The notes under the pieces: model-generated
What the model was told of the DNA's origin: nothing
The model's input: the letters and a program-made list of their open reading frames with translations, nothing else
The model's database searches: none
Assembly (NCBI RefSeq): GCF_006345805.1
Contig: NC_042998.1
Span: forward strand, 42,098,001 to 42,162,000
DNA length: 64,000 nucleotides
DNA from: Octopus sinensis
Taxonomy: Eukaryota
Reading direction: 5' to 3'
Program-made: the position numbers and the translations under genes
Shown here: positions 1 through 11,878 of the stretch, in pieces
Layout of the letters: each line of letters opens with the position of its first letter
Numbering within the stretch: position 1 is the first letter of the stretch

Positions 1-187
1 ACAGCTGTCTCCTAATCCATAAGAATATAAATGTGTGTATGTGTGTGTGTGTGTTATATCTTTTTCTTATTCAAGTGTCTGTGAACAAGATGTCTCTACC
101 AGTGCTGTGCCAAAACTCTCTGTTGTCCATTAGCTTTAGTAGATCTTGAGTTTCATGTTGTGTGTCTGTATCAATAACATGAATGTA

Positions 188-754
188 GTGGGTTGTCCGG
201 AAAGTTCGTGCTGATTTTTAAAGGAAAGAAAAAGGTCAATAAATACTTGCCATTACATTTTTAATCAACCAAATATGAACCATTTTGTTGCCCAATGCGT
301 CTCCATTTTTCCTTTAACTTAAAAATACCCTCTTCCCAGAATTGAGGTGGTTTCATGGCAAAGAATTCATCAAGGTATCTTTTTACGTCATCCAAGGAAT
401 TGAAATTTTTACCATAATGACTATTCTGCAGAGACCTGAATAAGTGGAAATCTGAAGGAGCAATATCTAGTGAATATGGAGGGTGGGGTAACACATCCCA
501 GCCGAGCTGCAACAATTTTTGTCTGGTTCCCAAAGCACCAAGTGCCAAAAATGAACTTTCTTATCTTCCATTTTAAAGGGTTACAGAATTAACACAGGTT
601 ATAGGAACATAAACTTTCTTCCACGAAAAGATAGCTTAAACTGTGTTCTAAATGGAGGTGTAGTCAAATCCTATTTTATGAACTTAACCATGTTCTAAAA
701 TAAGTCGAAAGGTAAGCTACTATAAATCCTGCACATACTTTCCGGACAACCCAA
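188..754 (-). mobile_element. Internally deleted mariner transposon with both TIRs
   Basis: TIRs (g/t)TGGGTTGTCCGGAAAGT..GTGC at 188 and GCAC..ACTTTCCGGACAACCCAA ending at 754, each flanked by TA. The minus strand reads a start MEDKKVHFWHL (ATG at 571) joined to the transposase C-terminus LGWDVLPHPPYSLDIAPSDFHLFRSL (YSPDLAP-type motif). Confidence 0.9.
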
Positions 755-769
755 TAGTTGAGAGGTCTT

Positions 770-930
770 TGTTCTCTATTAGGGTGCAAGAATCTACAAA
801 ATAAAAACATCTGATGGCTTGCTGTTCAACATGATAGCAGTGGCCAACCAAACCTACCGTTTGTTGAGCAATATTACTAGACATTGGTGTAATGTCTCCA
901 TACAACTCCTCTTTGGTCATGTGTGCACTC
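770..930 (-). mobile_element. RTE/RTE-X-like LINE ORF2 C-terminal fragment
   Basis: TKEELYGDITPMSSNIAQQTVGLVGHCYHVEQQ resembles the RTE-clade C-terminal 'LYG..P..S..I..RRLRFAGHC' segment. Confidence 0.6.
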
Positions 931-1779
931 CATAAGATGTTATTATGTTATATGTAAACACATACACACACACACAGTACTCAATAGTGAATGTTGAGTA
1001 TATAATTTATAAGTTGAAACTTCACTATTCTTGGAATTTTTAATTAATTGATACATTGTTTCATAGAAGACTATCCAATTTGCTTAGTATTATCAAGCTA
1101 GTCCACTAAATAGCTATTTTTTCACAGTATCCAAGAGAAATTTGACCTGTGTGAAAGGCTGTTATAAGCTCATCTTGGTTGTAATGTTAATTTCTAACAT
1201 AGACACAAAGTTTCAAATTGAGTGGGAGTGTACAGTCAATTATTATTGACCCTGGTTTATGACTGGCACTTATTTAGTTGATGCCAGAAAATTGAGTGTC
1301 TAAGCTGACTTTTATGGAATTCAAAATCAGAATGCAATGAGCAGCAACAACACTTCACAAGGCCTTTTGTTTCACTGTAACATTCCTATGTGATAGTAAG
1401 AGCATTAGTTCTATTTCTGATTGATTTGCAAGGTGTACTATATATATTTTAAGTAAATACATTTACCACCAAATAGCTGCATCATTGTAAATGAAATTAT
1501 GAAAGAACATTTTTACTGTATCTATTACTAGTAGTTTCTAGAATATGGACAAATATAGCAAGCTGTTGTCTTTTAGGTTTTTGAAAAGATTTTAATATAA
1601 AACTTAAACCAACTGAAACCTGAGTGTCTTTTTGGTCAGCTGAAAGCAGTTTTGGCACAAACTTGGCAGACACACATCTCATACCCAAATTATGAAGAGA
1701 CACAAAATTAAATGTTTACTTTTGTAAAATTAGTTGTACAGTTGGTATCATTGCTGATTGATTACCTAACTTGTTTTCT

Positions 1780-2857
1780 GGGATAATTAGCAGCTGCCTC
1801 ATCACATTCACTTTGATTTCCTTGACGTCCTGAAATTTTATTCCTTTCAAGTGAGATTTGATTTTTGGAAAGAGTACAAAGTCACAAGTGGTGAGATCTG
1901 GGTAATATGGTGGCTGTCAGACCTGGGGAAAGTTGTGCCTAGCCAAAAACTGCTCCACAAGCTGCACTGAATGACCAGGTGCATTGTCATAGTGCAATTG
2001 CCACTTGCCAGATGCATGCAAATGTGGTTTTTTCTGATGAATAGCACCCTGCAAATACTTCAAAATGTCATGGTAGTAATACTTGTTTACTGTTTGACCA
2101 GCAGTAGCATACTCATGACGAACAATCTCCTTGTAGTCAAAGAAAATGGTCAACAGTGTTTTCACATTGCTTCAGCCTCTAAGAGGTTGGGGTCTTCCAC
2201 TGCAAAGACTGAGCCTTTGTTTTGGGGTTATAGCATAGACCCATGATTCATCACTCATTGTGACTGTTTTCAAAAAGTTTTCATCATTCTCAACACAATC
2301 AAGGAGATCTTGTGCAACTGAAACCTGAGTGTCTTTTTGGTCAGCTGAAAGCAGTTTTGGCACAAACTTGGCAGACACATTCTCATACCCAAATCTTCAG
2401 TGATAATGGACTGAACTGAACTGTAACTAATTTGCACAACCTCTGATAACTCAAGGATGGTGATTTGACGATTTCCCCTCACAGTTGCACACACATCTGC
2501 AATGTTTTTCTCAGTTCTGCTGGTTGTAGGTTTCCCACATTTGTCACTACCAAAATTTTTTCAGCTCATACACTCCTCTCCATATATTTTCTGCAACTTT
2601 GCATAGGCCTCTGAGCAGGTATCACCAAGCTTTTAGTAAACTTTGTTGCAGATTCTCTGTCATGGTCAATGCAATGATCACACACTACACATGTTCTTTC
2701 CAAGCATGGCTGTAAATAACAGAAGTGAGCTGGAATGTTAAAACTTAGTGTACATGCACAGCAGAGTTCAAGGTCAATCTGTGCCAATCAGCTTTACTCT
2801 GTGTGCTTTAGCTTCGTTACTATGGCAACAGTCCGGATACTTATTGATCAGACTATG
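1780..2857 (-). mobile_element. Decayed mariner transposon (irritans-like), 3'-truncated, frameshifted transposase
   Basis: Minus-strand fragments SAKFVPKLLS, DESWVY, TLLTIFFDYKEIVRHEY, WQLHYDNAPGH and QPPYYPDL..CDF.LF. One TIR-like end, TA|CATAGTCTGATCAATAAGTATCCGGACT, at 2857. Confidence 0.88.
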
Positions 2858-4067
2858 TACACAAGTACACACATTTACCATACATAGTGCAGTTTGGTCT
2901 TATTGGTTTTCATTGACATTCACTTGTAGTTTGGGTAGTTTAATAGTTTTAGTTTTCTCATAATTGAAAGCTTCCTTCATTAGTTTATTAAAATCATATA
3001 TTTATTTTGTCTGACTGAATTTATTTGACCAGTTATTCTATATTTAAGGTGCTGGATTCATGGTCAATAAGGGATGATATAAAAAAAAACTAAGGCAGTC
3101 CTGTTTTGGGGAAGGTGCCTTATTTTACCTTTGCTTGTCAAGTTGGAAAATTTAAATGACTCCTAGTCTGATAGGTGCTAAGGAAAGCATCTCGCCATAA
3201 AACACCATGTATTACAAGCATTCTCTAAATTTTCGGAGCTATCCAGTTTATGTGGAAGAAAAGAGAAAATGAATACCACCCTATCCATCAATCTGCTATC
3301 ATCAAGAATAAATATGGAAAGCAAAAAAAAATGTCTTTAATGAATTTTTTTTGGTTGTTTCAGGTTTCCAGATGACACAATTGAATGTTTTGAAAAAAAT
3401 GCGACGTAATTATATCGTTTGTGCAATTAATGCTGTTACCAACCTTTAACATTAGTCCCAATTAATTTTTTTTTTACCTCACTGATGACAAGAAGGTAGA
3501 ATTTAGATTGACCTGAAAAGTCTGATATATTGGCTGGCTTCTCCTGATTTTAGCTTATCTGTATTAAATTTTAGCTAATGTGACTGCAGTTTATAACTTA
3601 CTGCTGTTGCCAGAACACTAGATGCCTGACATGCCAACCAATTTTGGTCAATAACCTCTATTTTATGCATGCTTTTTGCAGGTGTTTCTGTGTTGCCAGC
3701 TCTGCTTTTAAACATGCTTTTTCACTCTAGTAGTTGTTTCTGACAAGACCCTTTTAACCAGGTTTTAACCATACCTTCATTTGTAACATATAGTATTTCA
3801 TAGTTGTGACTTTTTTTTCTTGTTTTGTTCCCACCACTACAGGCTTTTCACAACTACAGTATTATACATTTTATAGTCAGGTATTTGTATTTGTCAGAAC
3901 TGTTCAATTGTGATATATATTTCCCCTTCTGTCATGATATTAGTTTAATAAGGATAATATGTTCTCAATCCTGTTTAATCTTTGCATGATGAATCTACTT
4001 CCCTTCATAATGATTTATTTTCCTCCATTATCTAAATTTCTATTTATTGAAACCTGTAAATGAATAT

Positions 4068-4484
4068 TCTTTCTTTCTTTCTTTTTCCTTGTTTCAGTCA
4101 TTTTGACTGCGGCCATGCTGGAGCACCGCCTTTTTTTAGTCGAGCAACTCGACCCCGGAACTTATTCTTTTGTAAGCCCAGTACTTATTCTATCGGTCTC
4201 TTTTGCCGAACCGCTAAGTGACGGGGATGTAAACACACCAGCATCGGTTGTCAAACAATGCTAGGGGGACAAACACAGACACATAAACATACACACACAC
4301 ACATATATATATACATATATACGACGGGCTTCTTTCAGTTTCCGTCTACCAAATCCACTCACAAGGCATTGGTCGGCCCGAGGCCATAGCAGAAGACACT
4401 TGCCCAAGATGCCACGCAGTGGGACTGAACCCGGAACCATGTGGTTGGAAAGCAAGCTACTTACCACACAGCCACTCCTGCGCC
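4068..4484 (-). mobile_element. tRNA-derived SINE, family A (CORE-like body), near full length
   Basis: Reverse complement starts GGCGCAGGAGTGGCTGTGTGGTAAG (A box)...GGTTCAGTCCC (B box)...CTTGGGCAAGT; near-identical to the + copy at 62593-62994. Confidence 0.85.
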
Positions 4485-4970
4485 TATGTTTCCTAAGATT
4501 CAAAGGTTTCTCTCAAGTAAATCTAGATGTAATAGAAAATTATTTTTATCCCTGACTACACTCTAACCTTCTACTTGTGTTACAGCATTTGAGATTTTAA
4601 TTTAGAAGAAACTCTGACACTCTCAACTTTTTGTGTTATCCTGTGTGCTGAAAATTTTCTCCCCACTTTGTCTTTCTCTTACCTTTTCATTTCAGTGGGG
4701 TTTGAATTGTTCTTTACATACTGCTTGGCATAAAGGTATATTGCAAACATTTTTAGAAAGCAGTCTTTAAATAAACATTCTTTTTCTGTAAATTGTTAAT
4801 TTCAAGAAAATGGCAGTCACACCATTTTTACAGAAACAAATAAAAATGGTGATGATAATACTGCCAAAGATTTATTACATATTTTGTATCTTGAAATTAT
4901 GGTTATAGAGTTATATAAAATATGAATAGAATTTGTGTGTATGTGTCTTTGTAGAGCATTTAAATTTATG

Positions 4971-4972
<2 letters not shown>

Positions 4973-5059
<87 letters not shown>

Positions 5060-5148
5060 GTATATATGTATATATATATGTATATATGTATATATATATG
5101 TATATGTATATATATATGTATATATATGTATATATATATGTATATATA

Positions 5149-5176
<28 letters not shown>
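4973..5176. repeat. (TA)n/(TATATG)n microsatellite
   Basis: Directly visible tandem array. Confidence 0.95.
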
Positions 5177-5179
<3 letters not shown>

Positions 5180-7232
5180 TGTGTTTTTAAACACAGCACA
5201 TCTGTAAGAGATGTTATCTTGAGTGAACACAGCTGTAACTTGCCTGTCAATGATGTATTTACATTAAATGTGATACACAGATGGTTATTTATTGTTATAT
5301 TCTGAGTCTGGATAAAATTTTTATTCTCTTTGGTCCACAACCAAACTAATATCATGAGATTGAAAGAAGTAGATAAGAGAATGTATGTGCCTGAATATCT
5401 AGGATTCACAAATTTGCTATAATTTAAGCTGAAAATAGATTCTTTTTTCTTGATGACCTTATTGGTAATAATTTAGTTACTAGGATCTATGACAGGAGTT
5501 TATGGATATTATGCTTCTATTGACAAGGCAACGAGTTACCAAAATTGTTAGTATGTCAAACAAAATTCTTTGCAGTATTTGATCTGATTCCTTACATCTT
5601 AAATCAAATCCTGCCAAGTTCAACTTTGCCTTTCTTCTCTCTGATAAAATAAAATACCAATCCAGTATAGTGAATTGACAGAATTGTTAAAACATTGGAC
5701 AAAAATGTCCTGTGGAATCTGTTCCAGCTCTTTACATTCTGAGTTTGTTGATGATACTGGTACTAAGACTGCATCACTCTTTACCTTTTCCCTGAGACAA
5801 TTTTAGAGGTGTCAAGAGAGGAAACTTTCCATATGGACAACTGCTTTTCTTCCATAAAAATAACAACTTTATCTAAGGTTGTGCCCTGGAAGGAAAGTTT
5901 CTTGATGCAGATAAATGATCAACCTTGACTACAGGGGCCTTAGACTGACAACAAAGGGTGATGTAATAATAAATAGTATATGTTTAATAATGTATGATAA
6001 TGAAACTTAGGTAATAAAGGTTAAAATTTCTCCCAGAAGGTTTAGAAAATATGAACTGATTACTAATCTTCTGAATGTATAAGAATTCAAAAGAGAGACT
6101 GAGTGAGAAAAAGAATCTTTGTGAATTATGTGAGAGTTATATAAGGTTGCAGGGGGTTTATGAGGAAAAAGAATAATGCATATTAAGTGGGGAAAAAAAA
6201 TGATTGCAATATTTTGATTGACTACAGCTGAGTAGAAGAAAGCTTAGATATGCATGGTGTGAAATAGTTTAGTAGTTTAACTTAACCTGAGAAAACTCGA
6301 ACTTAGAGGAATTGATGCTAGTTACAAATAAACGTGATGTTGTAGACCCACCTTACTCATGTCAGAAAGAGAAAATAAACAAAATAACTGGTGTTAATCG
6401 TGGTGTTTATGAAAATGAGGATGATAATGGCAATGATGATGATGGTATCAGAAGCAGCAGCAGCAGTACCAGCATCCTGATTATTATTACCATCATCATC
6501 GTTATTACCATTATCATGATTATGATGGAGTGCAATGGTGATTAGATGAGATTAGTACAGTTACTGTTTAGTTTGAATTGTTGTAGGTTAATAGCTGGCG
6601 GGAAGATATGTGTGGTGAGGGAGTTTGTTTCTTTGTGTGTTATTTTAAGCTAGGATTTTATATTGACTTGGCTTATCATTTTATACAATTCATTGAGTAA
6701 GATTAGAAAGTACAAAAATTAGGTCTCTGAGAAGACTAAAATCTTTCATTGGTCTCGGGAAGTGTTATATTTGTAGTTAACAATGTTTACCTGTCCAATA
6801 TTTTGTTTATTTTCTCAGGTCATTCTGTAATCTAATTATTTCATTTCTGAGCATCATTTCTAAACTTTGCTTACTCTATATGAGTATATCTTTCACTGAT
6901 GTATATTGGCAAAATATGTAAATATCTGCAAGAAAACTGGTGAATCAGTACTTTTAACCTAAAATACCCAGTAGTATTTGTTGCACTCAGGTTCCACATA
7001 AATGTAATGAACCAGTGATTGACCTATTGAAAACTTGTGGTATAAAGTAAAATATATAAATAACTTATATAATAGAATACACTATATTAGACACTTTAAT
7101 TCTTTTGTTCTTTCAAAGAGCATTTATTAATACAATTCACCCATGTGTATCTTGACATGGTATCACAATTACAATCTTGTACACAAGTAAAAGCAACCAA
7201 CTACACAGAGTACATATGTTCTCATCATTGTC

Positions 7233-7264
<32 letters not shown>

Positions 7265-10021
7265 TTTAATGTTCACTTTTCCATGCTTGCTCGGGTCAGA
7301 GTTTATTGAGGCAGATTTTCTACAGTTGGATGCCCTTCCTGTTGCCAATCCTTAGGTATTTCCCCTTGGCCAAATATATTCGTGCAGAAACTTGAATAAA
7401 TGACACTAGTTACATGACAGTTACAATAATTTTACACAGTGTCAAGAGAAGGTCACACACACACACACACTTGCACACACATTATAAACTGAGGCTTCTT
7501 AAATCATAGCTTTGAGTTTCACATTGTTGTTACTCTAATTATTGAAATTGGGAAGCAGCATGATAACATATATGCAAAAATATTTGCAAAGACAATGACA
7601 TGTGATTAGTCAATAGGTTTGATTAGTTGCTGAAAGAAACCCTTAGAAAATGTGTCCCCAACATGAAAATGTAGTGCATTTTCTAATGTTTGTTTTGTTG
7701 TCTTCCTTTATTTTTTTCTTTTGCAACCAGTCAAAATAGTAAACAATACAAAGAAATTTGAGTGGTTTCCGAAAGAAAAAATGTAAAACAATATATCCCA
7801 CTTTCATCTCCTGAATGTGGACTGCATTTTCTAATATTTCTTTCCTTTTTTTAATCTCTGTGATTAAAAAGTATTGCATTTTGAAGAATGGTCATTCAAA
7901 ATTAAAACCACTCTTCATTCTCAAAAAAAAAAACCCAAAAAGAATTATATTTTGTAAAATGATTCCCTTTTATTCAATACTGTAGCAGTTAGTACTCATA
8001 AGATAATTCAACTGGAAAGTTTGTCCTAATCAAATATAAACAAACATATTGAATATTTCACATTGAATAATAACAGCTTGCACATTTCACTTTAGAATTA
8101 CAAAAAGTATTAGATCTCTAGATAAAAACTGCCTCATCTACATTAACATTAAAATACAAACTCGAGAAATACAAAAATGAGTCACTGTTAAAAAAAGTTA
8201 TCCTTTACTGAAACTGATTATCAAGTAAACATGTTGACTGTGCATTGAATTAAATAATATAGCTTCCTTTAATCTCAGATTTTAATATGGAATTAAATTA
8301 ACTATTATGTAAATACATAACATAACAGAATAGTATGCCTGTGTAAATGTGTGTGCATAATATTAATATAGTCATGCAAATAGTTTTAAAGCCAAAATTT
8401 AGCATATTCAAGATCTGAACTATGTGTGAATAGCATTAGAACTTATTCATAATTCTAGAAAGACTATTTGAAAAGAGTTTTCTTTTGAGTTACTTTCTTT
8501 ACTTAATATACTTTACATAACATCATCTGGCTAATGTATGCAATATGAACATGTACATAATATATGCTAAAAAAAGAGGAGTTTTTAGTTGGAAGTGGAG
8601 TTTTGTTGTTGCACAAAAGACCCCATCAATATTTCCTACCAAAGAAAATGCTTCTCAGTTAATGGAATTTCTAAAATTCTCATGTAGTTGTTTTCAAATT
8701 GAAACATGAAACAAATTGAAAAATATGTTCACAGTATTGACTACTGTGAACATATTTTCTTTAATAATTCTGAAAATTTTAATTTTCTCTTACAATATTC
8801 ATGCACTTGATTTGCATACATTAAACTTAACTCACTCCATCAATGTTTCCTTCAGTCAGTCAGTCAGTTAATACTTATTTATATCAGTCAATCAGTTAGT
8901 CAACTGATATTTATTTATATCAGTCAATCATTTAATCAGTCTTATGCAAATGAGTCGAATTTCTTCATCTAATGAAATTTTTTTATCAATGGGTAGTTAT
9001 TCCTATTGACTTAAACAGAATGGAAAAGAAGTGTTATTACATTAATGCCATTCCTATGTTCATTAGTGAAGGAACTGTAACAAAGTAATTCATGACATCA
9101 ATTTTGTTGAAAAGTTACAAACATTATTTATGCTCCCTTTTATTGTTTTCAAGCAGACTTATTTACATCTTTAGTCATATCTCAGTTGCATACTTGCTTC
9201 CAATCAGATAAAGATACATTTCTTTTGTCAAGTGTTTTACCTACCTATAGATTGACTTGTAACTTCTCTTAATACACTTGTATATTTTGTTATAAATTTG
9301 GTCTATCAAAGAATGAATTAATGAACTTGGGCCTAAACCAACATTTTATTTTTTTTTTTGCTTGAGTGAATCCTAACTATGACTGGGATTAATTAAATAT
9401 ATCATTTACATAATGAAGATAATAATTAGGAGATCTTCTGTATACCAAAAATTACATATATTTGTTTGTCTTATTTTGGGGCATTTTTTAACATGTCAAT
9501 ACTGCTCTTAGAGAAAAATAAAACAGAAAGAAATATGTTATTGTTTTATTTTTTAAATGAAAATAAAACAGTTACATATTATATTTATTTCATCAATTGA
9601 TTACAATGATTTTTTAAAAAATTTCTTTATTCTTGTCAATAACAAAGGGGCTAATACACAATATTTTCTATCTAATGAAGTTTATATTTTACCTTTGAGT
9701 TTAATTAAAAAGAAAAATTGTTTGTAGAACTGAATTTTCTGTATCATTTTCAATATGTTGAACTAACTCAAAATGTTCCCTGTGTATTTTCACTTTTTAC
9801 ACCAGTTACCTTTGATTGTTTGATTATTGTCCTTTTATGAATTAACCTATTATAGTCTAACATTTGTTGATATCCTTATAGATTTGGCAGAAATGTTTTT
9901 CCATAACGATGTTGCTCTTTGAAAGTGTCAATAGTTTAATTTCCAAATATAATCAGCCCATTTAATTATTTGTTTGTTGTTGTTATTCTTAATTCAACCT
10001 TAGCAGAATGTATGTTTTTAG

Positions 10022-10152
10022 GTATTGATGGTGAACATAATGGGGTAGACAGTAATGTTGGAGAGGATAGTGACAGCCTAAGTAATGTGAGAACAAGTAA
10101 ACCAAACATTACCCCACCAACCAAAGAAAAAAGGAAACCTTTTTTCAAAAAG
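10022..10152 (+). CDS. CACNB: Voltage-gated calcium channel beta subunit, HOOK-region exon (gene 5' part is upstream of the window)
   Basis: tttttag|GT ATT GAT...TTC AAA AAG|gtaaga; encodes (G)IDGEHNGVDSNVGEDSDSLSNVRTSKPNITPPTKEKRKPFFKK with the conserved Cav-beta EKRxPFFKK motif. Phase 1 in, phase 0 out. Confidence 0.92.
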
Positions 10153-10574
10153 GTAAGAGTTTACTTTGAATTTATTTTATTTAATAATTGTTATTTTCCA
10201 TTACTTCTTTTTACTATATTTTCTGGCATACAAGTTGAATTTATGTATTAGTACCATGTATTGGTATTATCTGGACATTATTGATAAGTTAATTTTCTGA
10301 TAATTACATTTGTCATGATAATGGTTAGCAAAGAAAATAGGCTCTAGAAGATGGGTGATGCATTTATTTATTTGAAGAAATAAGCAAGTAATGACTGTAA
10401 GATTAACTATAAGATTTTGTCCTTTTCAAGTACATTCTTTATAGGCATTTTAAATACAGCCAATTCCTGTATTTAATCCCTATCTTTTATTTTATTATTA
10501 AAGAACACAGATACTTTATTATTCAGATTTAAAGGTTATTAGTTATTGATTATACTATTTTGGAGTCACACTCT

Positions 10575-10958
10575 AACCTTTCATCATCTGGCACAATATC
10601 CCCTTCTCTAATGCCCACTCTCCTCTCAAAGGATCTTTGTCTTGCAAGTTACTTGGTAACCCTGCTGATGCTGGTGCCACATAAAAAGCATCCAGTTCAC
10701 ATTGTAAAGTAGTTGGCATTTGGAAGGGCATCCAGTCATAAAAACCATGCCAAAACTGACCTTGCCTGTGCTTGTGCTACACAAAAAGCACTCAGTCCAC
10801 TCTGCAGAGTGGTTGGTGTTAGGAAGGACATCCAGCTGTAAAAACAATGCCAAAACAGACACAGAAGTATGGTGCAGTCTTCTGCTTAGCCAGCTCCTGT
10901 CAAACTCAATCAATCCATGCCAGCATGGAAAGCAGTCATTAAATGATGATGATGATGA
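10575..10958 (+). mobile_element. Retroposon 3' end (LINE/SINE tail) ending in (GAT)n
   Basis: ...TTAGGAAGGACATCCAGCTGTA...CCATGCCAGCATGGAAA...TAAATGATGATGAT. The same family occurs at about 7240-7470(-), 12260-12715, 29783-29928(-), 52740-53370 and 58430-58845. Confidence 0.7.
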
Positions 10959-11409
10959 CTTTAGTGTTTCTTGTAATATTTGATACATTGATATCATCCA
11001 ATATGATATGTCATGTTTCCTGTCTTATGCACAAGTTTGCATTCTGTCCACATTCAGCTCTAAAAATCAATACAAAATTCTGGGATTAAGATACTTAATG
11101 ACTCTTTCTTTTGGAATTCATTCTTATCTCTTATAAAACAAAAATATTTGATTATATTACATCAGATTTCCCAACCATAGGAAGAATATGATGCTTACTA
11201 GAAACTCAATATATTTTAGGAATTTTGTTTTGGCATCAAAGTGAACCTATATCAAGTGTTTTCCTAAAATGTTAGATTTTATGTTTCTCTTGATATTTCA
11301 AGATTTTAACTGAAAGACAAAAAGAAGCAAACATTTTTTCTAATTAAGTTTTAGTACCTGTGAAAATTGGAAAATATTGAACTAAGTATTTTTATTTTTC
11401 CTCTTTCAG

Positions 11410-11549
11410 TCTGAGAATATTCCTCCCTATGAGGTAGTGCCTTCCATGCGACCTGTAGTTTTGATAGGACCTTCATTGAAAGGGTATGAAGTGACGGATA
11501 TGATGCAGAAAGCCCTATTTGATTTTCTTAAGCACAAGTTTGAAGGAAG
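11410..11549 (+). CDS. CACNB: Cav-beta exon: SH3 beta5 strand and start of GK domain
   Basis: ctctttcag|TCT GAG...GGA AG|gtaaat; [47 protein letters not shown], the hallmark Cav-beta sequence. Missed by the ORF track. Confidence 0.98.
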
Positions 11550-11666
11550 GTAAATAAAAAGCATATGTATTTTTGTAATTAATTTTGTTTATATTTACTT
11601 TTCAGTTGTGTTGCAAACTTGAATTTTTAACATTTAAGGAAAAAATATTAAAAGTAAAAATTTTCA

Positions 11667-11878
11667 TCCTTTAGTATTCAAACTGGCCATATCAGTCCCA
11701 AATATTCTACATGTTTTATGTTCAAGTGACCAGAATCATACCTGCCCTACAGTAACATTGTAAAAATAAACAATCACATCATTGGAATCTCAAAGCTACA
11801 AGATAATGCATTGATAAATTGAAAACAATGCGAATAAATAATCATTACATTTGACAGAGTAATCTGAATGTTTAAAGG
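11667..11878. mobile_element. piggyBac-like MITE (CCCTTTAGCATT family)
   Basis: About 210 bp with degenerate CCCTTTAGCATT...AATGCTAAAGGG ends and TTAA-like flanks; homologous to 16008-16229, 54108-54317 and 54450-54632. Confidence 0.7.

Noticed and set aside
4817-5409. Long YIYI-type ORFs, also at 29146-30747 and 35081-37076
   Set aside because: They are translations of TA/TG microsatellites that lack stop codons.
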